From contig NC_067398.1 of assembly GCF_016432865.1 (NCBI RefSeq), forward strand, positions 553,350,001-553,414,000: a stretch of DNA of 64,000 bases. The letters run 5' to 3'. The position numbers and the translations under genes were made by a program. Origin of the DNA: Antechinus flavipes. Lineage: Eukaryota. Position 1 is the first letter of the stretch. Each line of letters starts with the position of its first letter. This document shows positions 23,915-36,029 of the stretch, piece after piece. The notes under the pieces were generated by a model. It worked only from the letters and a program-made list of their open reading frames with translations. It did no database searches and was not told where the DNA came from.

Positions 23915-24020
23915 GTGCATAGAGACACACACACATACATATATGTGTGTATACATGTATATACACATATAAATATACATGTATATATGTGTATACATAT
24001 ATGTACACATGTAGGCATGT
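23915..24020. repeat. Cryptic (RY)n simple repeat (CA/TA/TG)
   Basis: acacacacatacatatatgtgtgtatacatgtatat.. Confidence 0.9.
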
Positions 24021-24618
24021 ATAACCATCCTCTTGCAGAGGGTGCCATAGCCAAAAAATCCTCTGGAATTTGTAAGTTTTCTCCATTTAAGAAGAGAGAA
24101 AACTAATGTAAGGTCCATTTTGGAGGAGACTGGGGAAATAGCAGAGGTTTTCTTGAACTTTGGGAACTTGAAGAAAACAAAGAGTAATGAAGAGATAAGC
24201 ATTGTCCCCCAGCCATGAGACTAAGCAACAGCTGGTGCCTAATATCTCTTCAGTTCTTTTCTGTCAAGAAATGGACAAGCTAGAAGGTTAGTGGAGAGGA
24301 ACAAACTTGATTAAGAGAAGAACAATGGACAAGCCATATCCTGCCCAAGCCTTGCTTCCACTTATGTTTTTCTTAAATCTATCCTATTAAATAATATATT
24401 TGCCAGATTTAATGCTATTTCTAATGAGTACCTATAGAAGTAAAGGTTGGAGGTGAAAGTCTTATCCTTATGTTGCAGAACATTCCTTTGTTTGGAGGTA
24501 AAAGGGCACAATGGGAGCAACCAATCACAGAGTTGGAGTCAATAAATATTTACTAAGCACCTACTATGTGTGGGGAATTGTGCAATACAAGAAATTCACA
24601 AACCAGTCCCTGCCTTAC

Positions 24619-24769
24619 NNNNNNNNNNNNNNNNNNNNNNNNNNNNNNNNNNNNNNNNNNNNNNNNNNNNNNNNNNNNNNNNNNNNNNNNNNNNNNNNNN
24701 NNNNNNNNNNNNNNNNNNNNNNNNNNNNNNNNNNNNNNNNNNNNNNNNNNNNNNNNNNNNNNNNNNNNN
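24619..24769. other. Assembly gap
   Basis: N bases. Confidence 1.
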
Positions 24770-25054
24770 AAGGGACATAGGACACAGGGAAAGGTACCAA
24801 GTTGGGGGTTTGATGAAGTCTTGCAGCTGGGTAGAAAGTAATTTGAGTAGGTGAGACTGACATATCATCTTGCAGAATAATGAATTTCTGGAGATTATGG
24901 GATCCAGGAGAGCGGCTGGATGAGGAATGGTAGGATGAATTCCCTGAGAGCTTTCCTTAAAAGTAAGGGATTTGGGAGGAACTCTCCAATGTCTACCCTC
25001 TACCCTCTCTATTTAGAGGGAGAGGTGCTGGAGAAGGAGAGATGAGTTTTAGAG

Positions 25055-25245
25055 TTGATATAATACTATGCTCAGTACTTTACAATTAACTCATTTGATC
25101 TTCATAACAACCCTGGGAGGTAGGTGCTATTGGTACCCCCATTTTTCAGAGAAAAAAATGGAGGCAAAGAGGTTAAAGTCACACAATTTCTTAAATTTGC
25201 TGCCAAATTTGAATTCAGGTTTTCTTGACTCTAGATCCAGGGCTC
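25055..25245 (-). mobile_element. MIR/Mar CORE-SINE
   Basis: 'ctcatttgatcttcataacaaccctgggaggtaggtgctatt..cccatttttcag'. Confidence 0.9.
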
Positions 25246-25469
25246 TAATGATTATTTATCTTGTGACAAAAGTTTCTGGAGATGATGAAATTCAGACCAG
25301 TCAGATAAAAATGAAGGAAATAGATACCTTTCCTAAGGAAGGGTTTGAGTTCCACCCTCAGCCCATTGTTAGAGAGCTTTGGACTCTAACTGAGGGTATA
25401 AGAAAGAGTCACCCACCCATCACAACCCTACTCCCATACTCCATGTTCCAACCCAGATCTACCTACCCT

Positions 25470-26470
25470 TTCTATTGTACTCTCTGGAATTCCTGTTCCA
25501 TTATTAACAAACTTATTTAAATATAAATCTTTTCCTTTCTCACTATTTCCAACCTCTGCCATTCATCACTGGCAACCCTTTCTATACGGGTCACACTTTC
25601 ACTTATACCCTTAATTCACTGATCAGGATAGGAGAGTCATAATACTAGTTCTCCAAAGCCACTTCCAGATTCTTCCTCTACCACCATTACTCAGTAATAT
25701 ATTTTTCTTTGAAATTTGGACTATATAAATTTGTCACTAAATTCAAATCCTAGTAGCCATTGTTTATCAGCTTCTTTGACATCTACCTTCTTTCTTCAAT
25801 AAGTTCAGTGCCTGGGAATCTTTCTTTTCAGTCTAACTTCTACCCTCAACAAACATGTTATCACTACAGTATAACTACATATTGGGGATTGAGCACAGAG
25901 AAGATATTACATTAGAAAAGAAAGATATTTTTTAAAGAATCAACAAATAATTTTGAAGGAATTATTAAGGAACAATTTCTATCATGCCAATCACTCAGCA
26001 AACAATACACATATTGATATACCCTCATGTAACTTAATTTCCCAGTTCCTCATTCTATCAAATTCCCATGAGTTACTTCTCCATTCTACTTCGGCTAAAC
26101 ATAAGTGGTCATACCTTTGATCTTGCTTTCACTGACAGTGTTATACTGTCATATTCATGGACTCCTAATTCCTTTATCTGATTATAATCTTTAAATTCTA
26201 AGCTCTTCTACTGAACTCATTGTCTTCCTCTTTGTCCAATAGTTTCTTTCTCTATCAACCTTCTTTCTCTTTAGGTTCTTTCTGTCTACTGGTTCTTTCC
26301 TTATTGCCTACGATATACTCATATCTCACACATCCTTAAAAAAAATCTTTGCCTGATTTTACCAGCCCTATTAGCTAATATCAGACAGGTCTCTTAACTT
26401 CATTGCTAAACAACTTGAGAAAGCGATCTATGCTAGGTATCTCAAGTTTTTCTTTTCTCGCTTCCTTCTA
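25470..26470 (+). mobile_element. L2 ORF2 endonuclease-region remnant
   Basis: CTLWNSCSIINKL at about 25473-25515 and GHTFDLAFT at about 26106-26135 (L2 endonuclease motifs), frameshifted. Confidence 0.7.
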
Positions 26471-27524
26471 ATGACAGCTAACATTTGTATAGCATTTAAT
26501 ATGTAACAGGTACAATGTTTATAATTTATAAAACCAACATCATCCACTTTGCAAAGACTTGCCAGAGAAAGAAAGGACATTGAGATCCTCCAAATGTACA
26601 GTTGTGAATTACTTTGGACATGTGTTCCCCATATCTATGCCATTATACTTTAAATTTGTGCCCATTCTTCCTCCCAGCAACTGTGTGCTCTTGGAAATGA
26701 TCACATCCCAGCCAGGATTTTTGTGGAGGTGGTAATGTTTTGTAACTACTCTTCTTGGTACTGCCATTTGTTTTGAGTAAATGTCTTCTCTGAGAGATAA
26801 TTGAACCTATTGACTGGTTTTTGAACTATAATTATAAAAGCACTCTCCCACAGGGACCCCAATGTGATAACATGACTGCTATTGAGAATAGAGCCCAAAG
26901 GGAGTGCTTCATTAAAAAAGGTAGGTATTTTTAAGAGTCAGTGTTAATCTGGGAAAGTACTTCCATGTAAAGGGCCAGAATTCTGGAGAAATTCTTACAA
27001 CAAGGTGTTAACACAGTGGAATTGATAAGACAGTGGTTATCTAGTATAGCATTGTGATTAATAATTCTCTAATTCAGTATGATTAAATTAATCTTACAAC
27101 AAATAATGGTTCCCTAGTGATATAATGATTGGATTGTACTCAGTATGATGAATGGTTTTAATTATAATAGAGTATTTAAGAGGTCAGAGTCAGACCTAGA
27201 AAGTACTGGAACAGACTCAGGGAAAACAGAGGACTGGAGACTGGAGCACAAGCTCCTGGTCTCAGGGAGACTTCAAGAGAGAGACCATCATGGTGGTCCT
27301 CCTGCCTCCCCCACAGAAACCAAGACACATTCTAGAGGACCTCAAGAAAGCTAGCCTGGGCCTCAGGCAAGGAAACAGACTATGAAGGAGATAATAAAGA
27401 ATTTGGACTTTATCCCTGGCTATTCTTGTGGTGATTACTCTGCTCAAATGAAGGCTGGTCCAAAGATCTCCAGAAAAAGCAACCAGAACCTTACACTTCC
27501 ATGGGAGAATTTCTATAATATCAC

Positions 27525-27830
27525 TCATTCAATCAATCAATTTATTGAGCAACTACTACACTCCAGACACTATGCTAGATCCTTCAGAAAAAAAAAGAGA
27601 GAAACAGTCCTTATTCTCAAAGAACTTACATGCTATCTGTAGCAACAAAACATATGTGCACATGCACACACATACATACATATTTTATGTATTACACATG
27701 ATATACATATATATTCATACAAATGTAAAGTCATAGATACTTAGATACACAAGGAAAATAGGTTCTGGCATTTGAAGGGATCAAGAATGGCTTCATGCCA
27801 AAGGTGGTAAAAATGGTTTAGCTATTCAGC
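27525..27830 (-). mobile_element. L2 3' end
   Basis: 'caatcaatcaatttattgagcaactactacactccagacactatgctag..cttattctcaaagaacttaca'. Confidence 0.7.
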
Positions 27831-28179
27831 ATTCTGAGGGAAGCTAAGTGAGCTGCAAAGCCTTGAGGAATTAGCGCCAAATAGTTGGTTTCATGTAATG
27901 AGACAAAAATACAAGAAAGTTTGGAACATGGGAATGACTGAAAAACAAGCTCCTAGTAAAATGATGCAATAGGGCTCCTGGTCAGAAAGAAGAGATCATA
28001 AGAAGAGAGTGGACATTTGCGATTGGAGGAGGACAGATGATTAAATCATCCAATAGAGTTTCTTCACTTATTTAACAAGTATTTATTAAGTACTTGTGAT
28101 GAGGCAGGAAATACAAAGGTAAAATGAAAAACAACTGATATCCTCAAGGAGCTAACATTATTCTAGCAGGAAAGAAGTA

Positions 28180-29100
28180 CTTACTATATACCAGGCACTG
28201 TGATAAATGCTTTACAAATATTATCTCATCATAAAAAGGGAAAAGGACCCACATGTATGCAAACATGTTTGTAGCAGCCCTTTTTGTAGTGGCAAGGGAT
28301 TGGAAATCAAGTGGATCAGTTGGAGAATGGCTGAATAAGTTATGATTTTTTAATGATACAGGATATTATTGTTCTATAAGAAATGATGATTTCAGAAAGG
28401 CCTGGAGAGACTTATACGAACTGATACTAAGTGAAGTGAGTAGAACCAAGAGAACATTGTATATTGAAATTATGCAATGATCAGTTCTGATGGATGTAGC
28501 TTTTTTCAACAATGAGGTGATTCAGGCCTTATCTAATAGGCTTGTGATAGAAACATCTGCATCCAGAGAGAGGACTGTGGGGATCGAATGTGGATCATGA
28601 CAGTTTTTTTCACTTGTTGTTATTTGCTTGCTTTTTATTTTTGTTCTCTTTTTTCTTTTTGATCTGCTTTTTCTTGTGCAGCATGATAAATGCAGAAATA
28701 TGTATAGAAGAATTGAATATGTTTAACATATATTGAATTACTTGCTGTCTAGGGGAGGGAGTGGGTGAAGCGAGGGAAAAAAGCTTGGAATACAAGATTT
28801 TGCAAGGGTAAATGTCAAAAACTATCTTTGTACATATTTTGAAAATAAAAAAGCTATTATAAAAAACACCAGGTGGAAGAGACACTGTTGCCATGTAAAT
28901 TTTAAGGAAAAAAAATATTATCTTATCTGATTGTCACAACAATCTGGGAGGAAGGTGCTATTCTTATTTCCACTTTGCATTTGAAGAAAGTGAAGTAGAC
29001 AGAGGTTAGGAGACTTGACCACACAGCTAAGAAATGTATTAAGGTGAATTTGATTTCAAGTCTTCCTGACTCTAGGTTAATACACTATACCTTCCAGCTG
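28180..29100 (-). mobile_element. MIR host split by the L1 insertion
   Basis: 'ccaggcactgtgataaatgctttacaaatattatctcat' resumes as 'aaatattatcttatctgattgtcacaacaat..'. Confidence 0.8.
28230..28915 (+). mobile_element. 5'-truncated marsupial L1 with an extra 41-nt 3' tag and second A-run, flanked by a 14-bp TSD
   Basis: L1 ORF2 end/3'UTR ('aaaggacccacatgt..gtagcagccctttttgtagtggcaag'); TSD aaatattatctcat (28216-28229) / aaatattatcttat (28913-28926). Confidence 0.9.
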
Positions 29101-29989
29101 CTTATTGATACAAGTAAGTAGAAAATGAATAAAAAAATGAAGCTTTTAACTATAATAGATTGATTGTACTTGAGAAAAAAAATATTTCAAATACTCCTTC
29201 ACCTCCACAAAGGATATGACAGAGCCTCTCCAGGTGTTAGGTGGTCTAGCAGGCTATTTTCTAACCCTGTACTCTAGGTTTTGGGTACCAAAGGGTGAAT
29301 GAGCAAAGTCAATCTGGGGAGACTTTGGGCTGAAGAGTGATTCTCAGATGGCAGCATGCATCCCTGGCCAGGTCAGTGCAGCAGTCAGTGTACCTCCTCT
29401 TGCTTCCCCCATTGCCCAGAGCAGACTTCCAGAGAAGAGATAAAATTCAAACAGAAACCCTTAGTGATAAGGTCAAGTTAGTGCCCAGTTAGAACTATAG
29501 CATGCCGATCACAATCAAACCGCCTTTACTCAGCAAACAGCAGGAACTTTGAACTCACCAGGGAAGTATCTGCTGAGTGAGATGGTACTTTGTGAATGAT
29601 CTGATGAGCACCCAGTAAAGTGAGAAAAAAATATCCCCTAGCCTTATTTCCTCTATAAACTGCTTTTTGGGATGGAGCTGTTTCTGATAGCATTTTGTTC
29701 TCTCTGCATTTTCCTTTTCTTTTTTTTTTTGGATGATCTATTTAACTATGCAGTACTTACAGGAAAGAAGCTATGCTCCTAATACTCAGAATATAATAAT
29801 CAAACTAGGGAAGAAGGAGGAGACTGCAAAGACTTGTTTTAGAAGTAGATGGTCAGGCCTGTACTTTGTCTGGCTCAGAATTATATGGTTTAATTATTTA
29901 ATTATTAAAATAGGATTTTGAGGTGCAAGTCTTTTCATATTAGCTAATAATAGCTAACATTTATATAGCACTTTAAGATTTTCACAGGA

Positions 29990-30210
29990 ATATATATGTA
30001 TATACTCATGTACATTTGTGCCTATGTATATATATAGTGTATGTGTGTGCACATATGTATATGTGTGTGTTCATATGTACCTGCACATGTTATATAGGCA
30101 ACTGTATATATGTAAGTACATGTAGTTGTGTGTTACACATATGGGTTGTGTATCTATGTACATGCACACATACATGTGCATGCAACTTATACAGGCATAT
30201 ACATGTGTGT
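29990..30210. repeat. Long cryptic (RY)n tract inside a MIR
   Basis: About 220 nt of near-alternating TA/TG/CA. Confidence 0.85.
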
Positions 30211-30455
30211 TTTATTTGAGCCTTCTAATAACCTTGAGAGGTAAATATCATTATTACTCCTCTTTTTATAAGTGAAGAAACTAAATCTGTGAGGGCTTAC
30301 GTCACATGTACAGGATCATACAGCTAGTAAGTGTTTGAGATAAGATTTGAACTAAGTTCTTACTCATTCCAAATCTGAAAGTCTATCCATTGTATTGTAA
30401 GTAGGAAAATTACCATAGCCTGACTGTAACCAAATGGTCAGAGACCATTTACAAC

Positions 30456-30620
30456 CAGATGTTTTAAAACCTTTCTGCATCATGAACTCCTTTGGCAGTC
30501 TGATGAAACTTATGGGCTCCTCAGAATAATATTTTGAAGTGTACAAAATAAAATACATAGGATTACAAAGAAAACCAATTATATTAAAATACATTTTTAA
30601 AAATAAAAAGCAGGTTCATT
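30456..30620. mobile_element. hAT/Charlie-like MITE (family B), partial
   Basis: 'catgaactcctttggcagtctgatgaaacttatgg..cagaataat..aaaataaaatacataggattacaaagaaaaccaattatatt'. Confidence 0.65.
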
Positions 30621-30734
30621 AATTGCAAATTAAGCTATTCTTTATACAACAATCTTTCTATAGCATATCTGGTCTATCTATATCTATATCTATATCTCCT
30701 CTAATATGCAATCCAGTTGCATAGATTAAAGTAT

Positions 30735-30975
30735 GCCATTTTTAAAATTATGTCTAACTCATGACTCTATTTGGGGTTTTCTTGACAAAGATACTGGAGT
30801 GGTTTGTCCTCCAGATTATTTTACAAATGAGGAAACTGCGTCAAACACGGTTAAGACATTAGACATTAGACCATTAAGTGACTTTCCCAATGTCACTCAA
30901 CTAGTAAGTGTCTGAAGCTAAATATGAACTTAGATCTTCCTGACTTCAGGCCCACAGCCATATCTGCTGTCCTAG
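30735..30975 (-). mobile_element. Mar1-type SINE
   Basis: 'ttggggttttcttgacaaagatactggagtggtttg..ttttacaaatgaggaaactg'. Confidence 0.85.
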
Positions 30976-31199
30976 CTCCTCAAAGATAAATTTTACTATA
31001 CAAAAAACATTAAAGACCAACATGAAAAGTCTTCTTCTCCAATTCATCTCTTTTATATTTAGAGACCTTTGCATACCTGTTGATGCATTCCTTATCCCAA
31101 AGATTCTGGCCTCCCAAATCTGCATTTTCATTCTATTTTAATCATATTTAAGAACAGTCATTCCTTTAATTGTATCAGCACAAGTGTCAATAATAATTA

Positions 31200-33285
31200 T
31201 AACCATTTCCATCACCTAACGTTGAAATATATGGCTTGGAACTATAACTATCTTTTCCTTCATTTCTTCTCCTACTTTACTCCTCCTTTATCTTCAATGT
31301 GACATGTAGTAATTTGCCTTTCCCTGCTTTCTGAGTTCACCATCCCTGATCTGGTCGCCTTTGAAATCTTGATTCCAATAAATTCAACTTTAACTCTCCT
31401 CTATCCTGACATCCCTTCCTTTTTCCCTGTTATCTTTCATGGTTTTCTAAATTCCAGATCAGGGTTACTTCCACCATCCTTCTTCTCCATTACTAATATT
31501 GGCCTTTGGAGGAAAGCACATCATGCTAACTGCATCCTCTGTAAAATAATGTTGGGTAACTTCAACTGGGCTAACTTCAACACTACAATAAATCTCATGA
31601 CTTCAATAATCAGCTTTATTTAGATAGTACCTAAGTCTACATAACCAGCTCTATTCTCTTTACTTAGTACCATTTATATCTTACCTCTTGATTAATGAGT
31701 ATCTCCATTTAGTTGGCGTAAGTAGCTCAAATTTATGATGTGTAAAATGGAACCAATAATCCTCCACTTTCTTCAGACTTTCCTATTTCCATCCATGGCA
31801 TTATCATCTTTTTAGTCAACCAGGTTGGCAAACTTGGAGTCAGTGTTAATTTTTCTCTATCCATTATGCTCCCATGCATGTATGCTGCTGCTAGCTCTAG
31901 TCAATTCGACCACCATATCTTTCCATCCTCACATCCACCAACCTAATTCAGACTCTTATGAGCTTTCACTTATTCTACTGCAGTAGTCTTAATTAGTGTC
32001 CTTGTATCCAGTTACTTCCTTCTCCAAACCATTCTGCACATACCCACTAAATATTCTTAAAATGTATGTCTAGACACATCAGAACCCTACTTCAGCAGCT
32101 CTTTAGTGTCTATAAGAAAAAAATACAAATTACTTGACATTTAAATCTAGCTACAACCTATTTCTACAGAGATTTCTCATTACTTGCTTTTATACACTAT
32201 ATGTTCCTGCCAAAATGGCTTACTTATTGCTCCCTATATACAACCTCCACATCTTTCTTTTTTTAATTTATGAAATAAAACAAGGATTTCTATAATAGTA
32301 CAACAAAAAAGATGATTGCACACAAAACTGCACATATACTATGCACAATGTGCTATTCCTTTTATATAAACATAATTACCATGTAAATTTCTTTTCTTTT
32401 TTTCTTTCTCCCATCATACCCTAGAGACAGCTACACAAATATATATATACATATATATATGTTTAATTATTCTAAACATCAATTCTTTTTCTGGATACAG
32501 AGAGCATATTTCTTCATATATCTTTTATAATTAATTTAAGTATTTACAATAGTCAAAATAATTTATTCACTTGGTCATTCTCAAAAACCAATATTACTAT
32601 TATCATAAACAATATTCTCTGGGTTTACTCATTTTGCTCTTCATTATTCCATTCAAGTCTTTCCACATTCTTTAAGACCTTTGAGCTCATCAGTTCTATC
32701 ACAATCACATTGCACAGTTTGTTCAGCCATTACCCAATCGATCAGGGATTCCCCAATCCCTGAAATTTCTAGTTTTTTGTCACAACAAAGAGAGATGCTA
32801 TAAAATTGGAACATATAGGTTCTTTTCCTTTCCCCCCTAATCATCTTGGAAATTAACTTAGTAGTGTCTTTTTATAAAATGCCCCACTCCCGCATCTATC
32901 TATCTATCTAGTCTATCTAGAATGACTTCCCTCCTCAGTTCATCTTAGAATCATAAGCTTTTTGCAAAGCTTAGCTAACTTGCTACAGAATACAGGAAGC
33001 CTTTTCATCCCCCTACTATTTATGCCTAACCTGTGGTTGAGCTCATGTTGATCTGGCCACAGTTAGACACTGTACTTTAACTTTAATATAGCGATGTCAT
33101 TTTGGTCCTCTTCAAGAATGAACCAACTTGTCAACTACTGTTCTGCTTATCATTTTATTTGTATGTCCCCATAAGAGCATAAGGCCCTTGAGGACAAGAA
33201 AAATTTGTTATACTTTTCTATCCCTAGGGTGAAGTACAATACCTTTAATTTAGTAAAATTTCAACAAATGCCTATTGAATGAAAT
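31200..33285 (+). mobile_element. Decayed L2 (ORF2 to 3' end), interrupted by an L1
   Basis: 'ctttggaggaaagcacatcatgctaactgcatcc' L2 ORF2 remnant; 3' end 'gagcataaggcccttgaggacaag..caacaaatgcctattgaatgaa'. Confidence 0.6.
32255..32870 (-). mobile_element. Old L1 3' fragment
   Basis: Poly-T start; 'gttcagccattacccaatc..ttgtcacaacaaagagagatgctataaaa..taggttcttttcc'. Confidence 0.8.
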
Positions 33286-33937
33286 TCATTGGGGTGTGTG
33301 TAAGGAAAAGATAACTTTCTGTCTAGACTTTTGTAACTACATTAGCACCTTCCAATAATAAAGCGACAAAATACTCAATGCTGTCTAACAGACTTATAAG
33401 TTCAGCTGGTGGATCAATTTACCAATTATAACTCAGAGTTTAAGATTACAATCATTGAGTTCCTGAATCTTTGCCATCTACAAGTTGTTAGTGGAAGTGA
33501 AAAACAAGCCCTTCCCCCTGTTTTTCACCTTGGTCAAAATCAAGAAAACAAATCAAGTAAATTGTAAAACCATTCATGTATGTTGGTTGAACTTGTGCCA
33601 TTTTCTATTTGACTTTTAACCTTTCAGATGGTTAATCTGTTTCTGCCCATAGTATTCAAAGATCACACTAATAAAAACTGACTTATGTGCAGCACTTTAA
33701 AGTATATATAAAGCACATCATATATACTTTATATTTTTTTAACCTTACAATGATATTGTGTGTTTGGTGCCATAAATATTATATTTGTTTTATAAATAAG
33801 GAAATTAAGCAACTTAATTATACAACAATTAAGCAACTCAAATATAGATACACTGTAACTAAATACTGAGGATGGAAGGAGGATGATGGAATTTGAATGC
33901 AGGTGTCTCCTGATTATAGCTCTTAACTATACCTACA

Positions 33938-34207
33938 NNNNNNNNNNNNNNNNNNNNNNNNNNNNNNNNNNNNNNNNNNNNNNNNNNNNNNNNNNNNNNN
34001 NNNNNNNNNNNNNNNNNNNNNNNNNNNNNNNNNNNNNNNNNNNNNNNNNNNNNNNNNNNNNNNNNNNNNNNNNNNNNNNNNNNNNNNNNNNNNNNNNNNN
34101 NNNNNNNNNNNNNNNNNNNNNNNNNNNNNNNNNNNNNNNNNNNNNNNNNNNNNNNNNNNNNNNNNNNNNNNNNNNNNNNNNNNNNNNNNNNNNNNNNNNN
34201 NNNNNNN
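33938..34207. other. Assembly gap
   Basis: N bases. Confidence 1.
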
Positions 34208-34709
34208 TTGAATCGATTATTTTCAATTTGTAAAGAGCCCACTATTAACAGAAAATATTTTGTTTGCTTGAGTAAAGGTTATCCCAAAGTTATTGCTCAA
34301 AGAGAACTTAGGTGGGTTGTTACAAAAGCAGTTTTAAATTATACTAAGACATTTGGGACACACTGTACAGACAGCTCTTGACTCTTGAAGCTCTTGAAAC
34401 ATAAATAGTATCTGCTCAATATTATTTTTAAGTTACTGACAAAAAATGATAAGCTAAGTGCTTTTTTTTTTGCCTAAAGATGTAGGCTATCCTATTGAGA
34501 GTTGTACTTTAACATAGCTGTAAAAAAACATAATTCTTTATTCCTGTTTGGATGTATTTCAATTTTAACTTAACATTGAAAATCTATTCTTTCACTATTC
34601 ACAATCAAATTTTCAAAATTTTTCAAATTTTTAAAAAGTCAAAAGAATCAAAATCTCTTTTCCTCCCTTCTCCAACCATGGCACATTCCATGGCTAAAAC
34701 ATTTGAGGG

Positions 34710-34945
34710 GAGAGTGTTTTTTCACTGTGTTTTCACTGGCATGGGGAGTTCCCAGTGAGAAAACTCCCTCTATCAATTACAAATAGGCAATCTATTGTGC
34801 AAAATGAGGTTTCAGAGAATTGGTTGGGACACTGAGAAATTAAGTGACATTCCTAGGATTGAATACCAGTATATGCAAGGGGTAGGGCTTGTACAATCAT
34901 CTTCCAAGCTTTTAGGCAAGTACTCCAGCCATTATATAATGCTGT
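34710..34945 (-). mobile_element. Marsupial CORE-SINE (Mar3-like)
   Basis: 'cactggcatggggagttcccagtgagaaactccctctatcaat..ggacactgagaaattaagtgac'. Confidence 0.6.
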
Positions 34946-35229
34946 TTCAATGACTAAGGGTTATATTTCTTAATTCCCAGCATAAAGTTTCATCCTCTAT
35001 ATAGGTGCAATTAATACATTTTGTATAATAGAACTGTGGTTCTTCCCAAATTTATTATTAATAACACTTTATATTTATATAGGTTTTTAGAAGTTAGAAA
35101 ATTCTTTCACATCTATTCACTTATTTGTGGAGTGTAGCAGAGAAACTGAGGAATAGGAAAGTTACTGATTGCTCAAAGTCATAGAGTCAGAAAATGAAAG
35201 AGTCAGAATAAAAATTTAAGTCTTTTAAT

Positions 35230-35905
35230 TGTACTTCTTTTTCTGGGTGTGGATGGCATTTTTCATCCTAAGTCTATTAGAATTATCTTGGATCACTGTA
35301 TTACTGAGAAAAGCTAAATCTATCATAGCTGATTATCACATAATCTTGCTATTACTGTGTACAATGTTCTCCTGGTTCTGCTCACTTCAGTCAGCAACAG
35401 TTCATGTAAATCTTTTCAAGTTTTTTTTTTTTTTGCAATCTGCCAGTTTGTCATTTCTTATAGAATTATAGAATTCCATTACATTCATATAGCACAATTT
35501 ATTCATTCATTCTCTAGTTGATGGGCTTCCCTTCAACTTCCAGTTCTTTGCCATCAGAAAAAGAGCTACCACAAACATTTTTGTACCTATAGGTTCTTTC
35601 CCCTCTTTTTATGATCTCTTTGGGACACAGATCCAGTAGTGGCAGTACTGGATCAAAGGTTATGCAGTTTTATAGCTCTTTGGGTATAGTTCCAAACTGG
35701 TCTCCCAAATGGTTGGCTTATTTCACAACTTTACCAACAGTGCACAAATGTCCTAGTTTTCCACATTCCTCCAACATTTATTTATCTCCCTTGTCATCTT
35801 AGCCAATCTAATAGGTATGAGAGGAGGTACCTCAGAATTATTTCAAATTGCATTTCTCTAACCAATAGTGATTTAGAGCATTTTTTTATACGACTATAAA
35901 TGGCT
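35230..35905 (-). mobile_element. Marsupial L1 ORF2 C-terminus/3'UTR fragment
   Basis: 'gtgtacaatgttctcctggttctgctcacttca..actggatcaaaggttatgcagttt..tgtcatcttagccaatctaataggtatgag..ttgcatttctctaaccaatagtgatttagagc'. Confidence 0.9.
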
Positions 35906-35934
35906 TTAGGAATATTACTTTGCCAGCTATATGA

Positions 35935-35951
35935 TAGCTAGATAGACAGAC

Positions 35952-36005
<54 letters not shown>
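35935..36005. repeat. (ATAG)n/(ACAG)n tetranucleotide microsatellite
   Basis: gatagacagacagatagatagatag.. Confidence 0.97.
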
Positions 36006-36006
<1 letters not shown>

Positions 36007-36029
36007 ATAGGTAAGTAAGTAGATAGACT

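Noticed and set aside
25068-25520. 150-aa ORF, the longest gap-free one
   Set aside because: It starts in an antisense MIR and ends in an L2 remnant: a chance read-through of repeats.
26655-26740. NCVLLEMITSQPGF, resembling kinase subdomain IX
   Set aside because: No preceding DxWSxG, a stop follows within a few codons, and no other kinase motifs.
34743-34753. kappaB-like GGGGAGTTCCC
   Set aside because: It lies within the body of a common SINE family, so it is uninformative without functional data.
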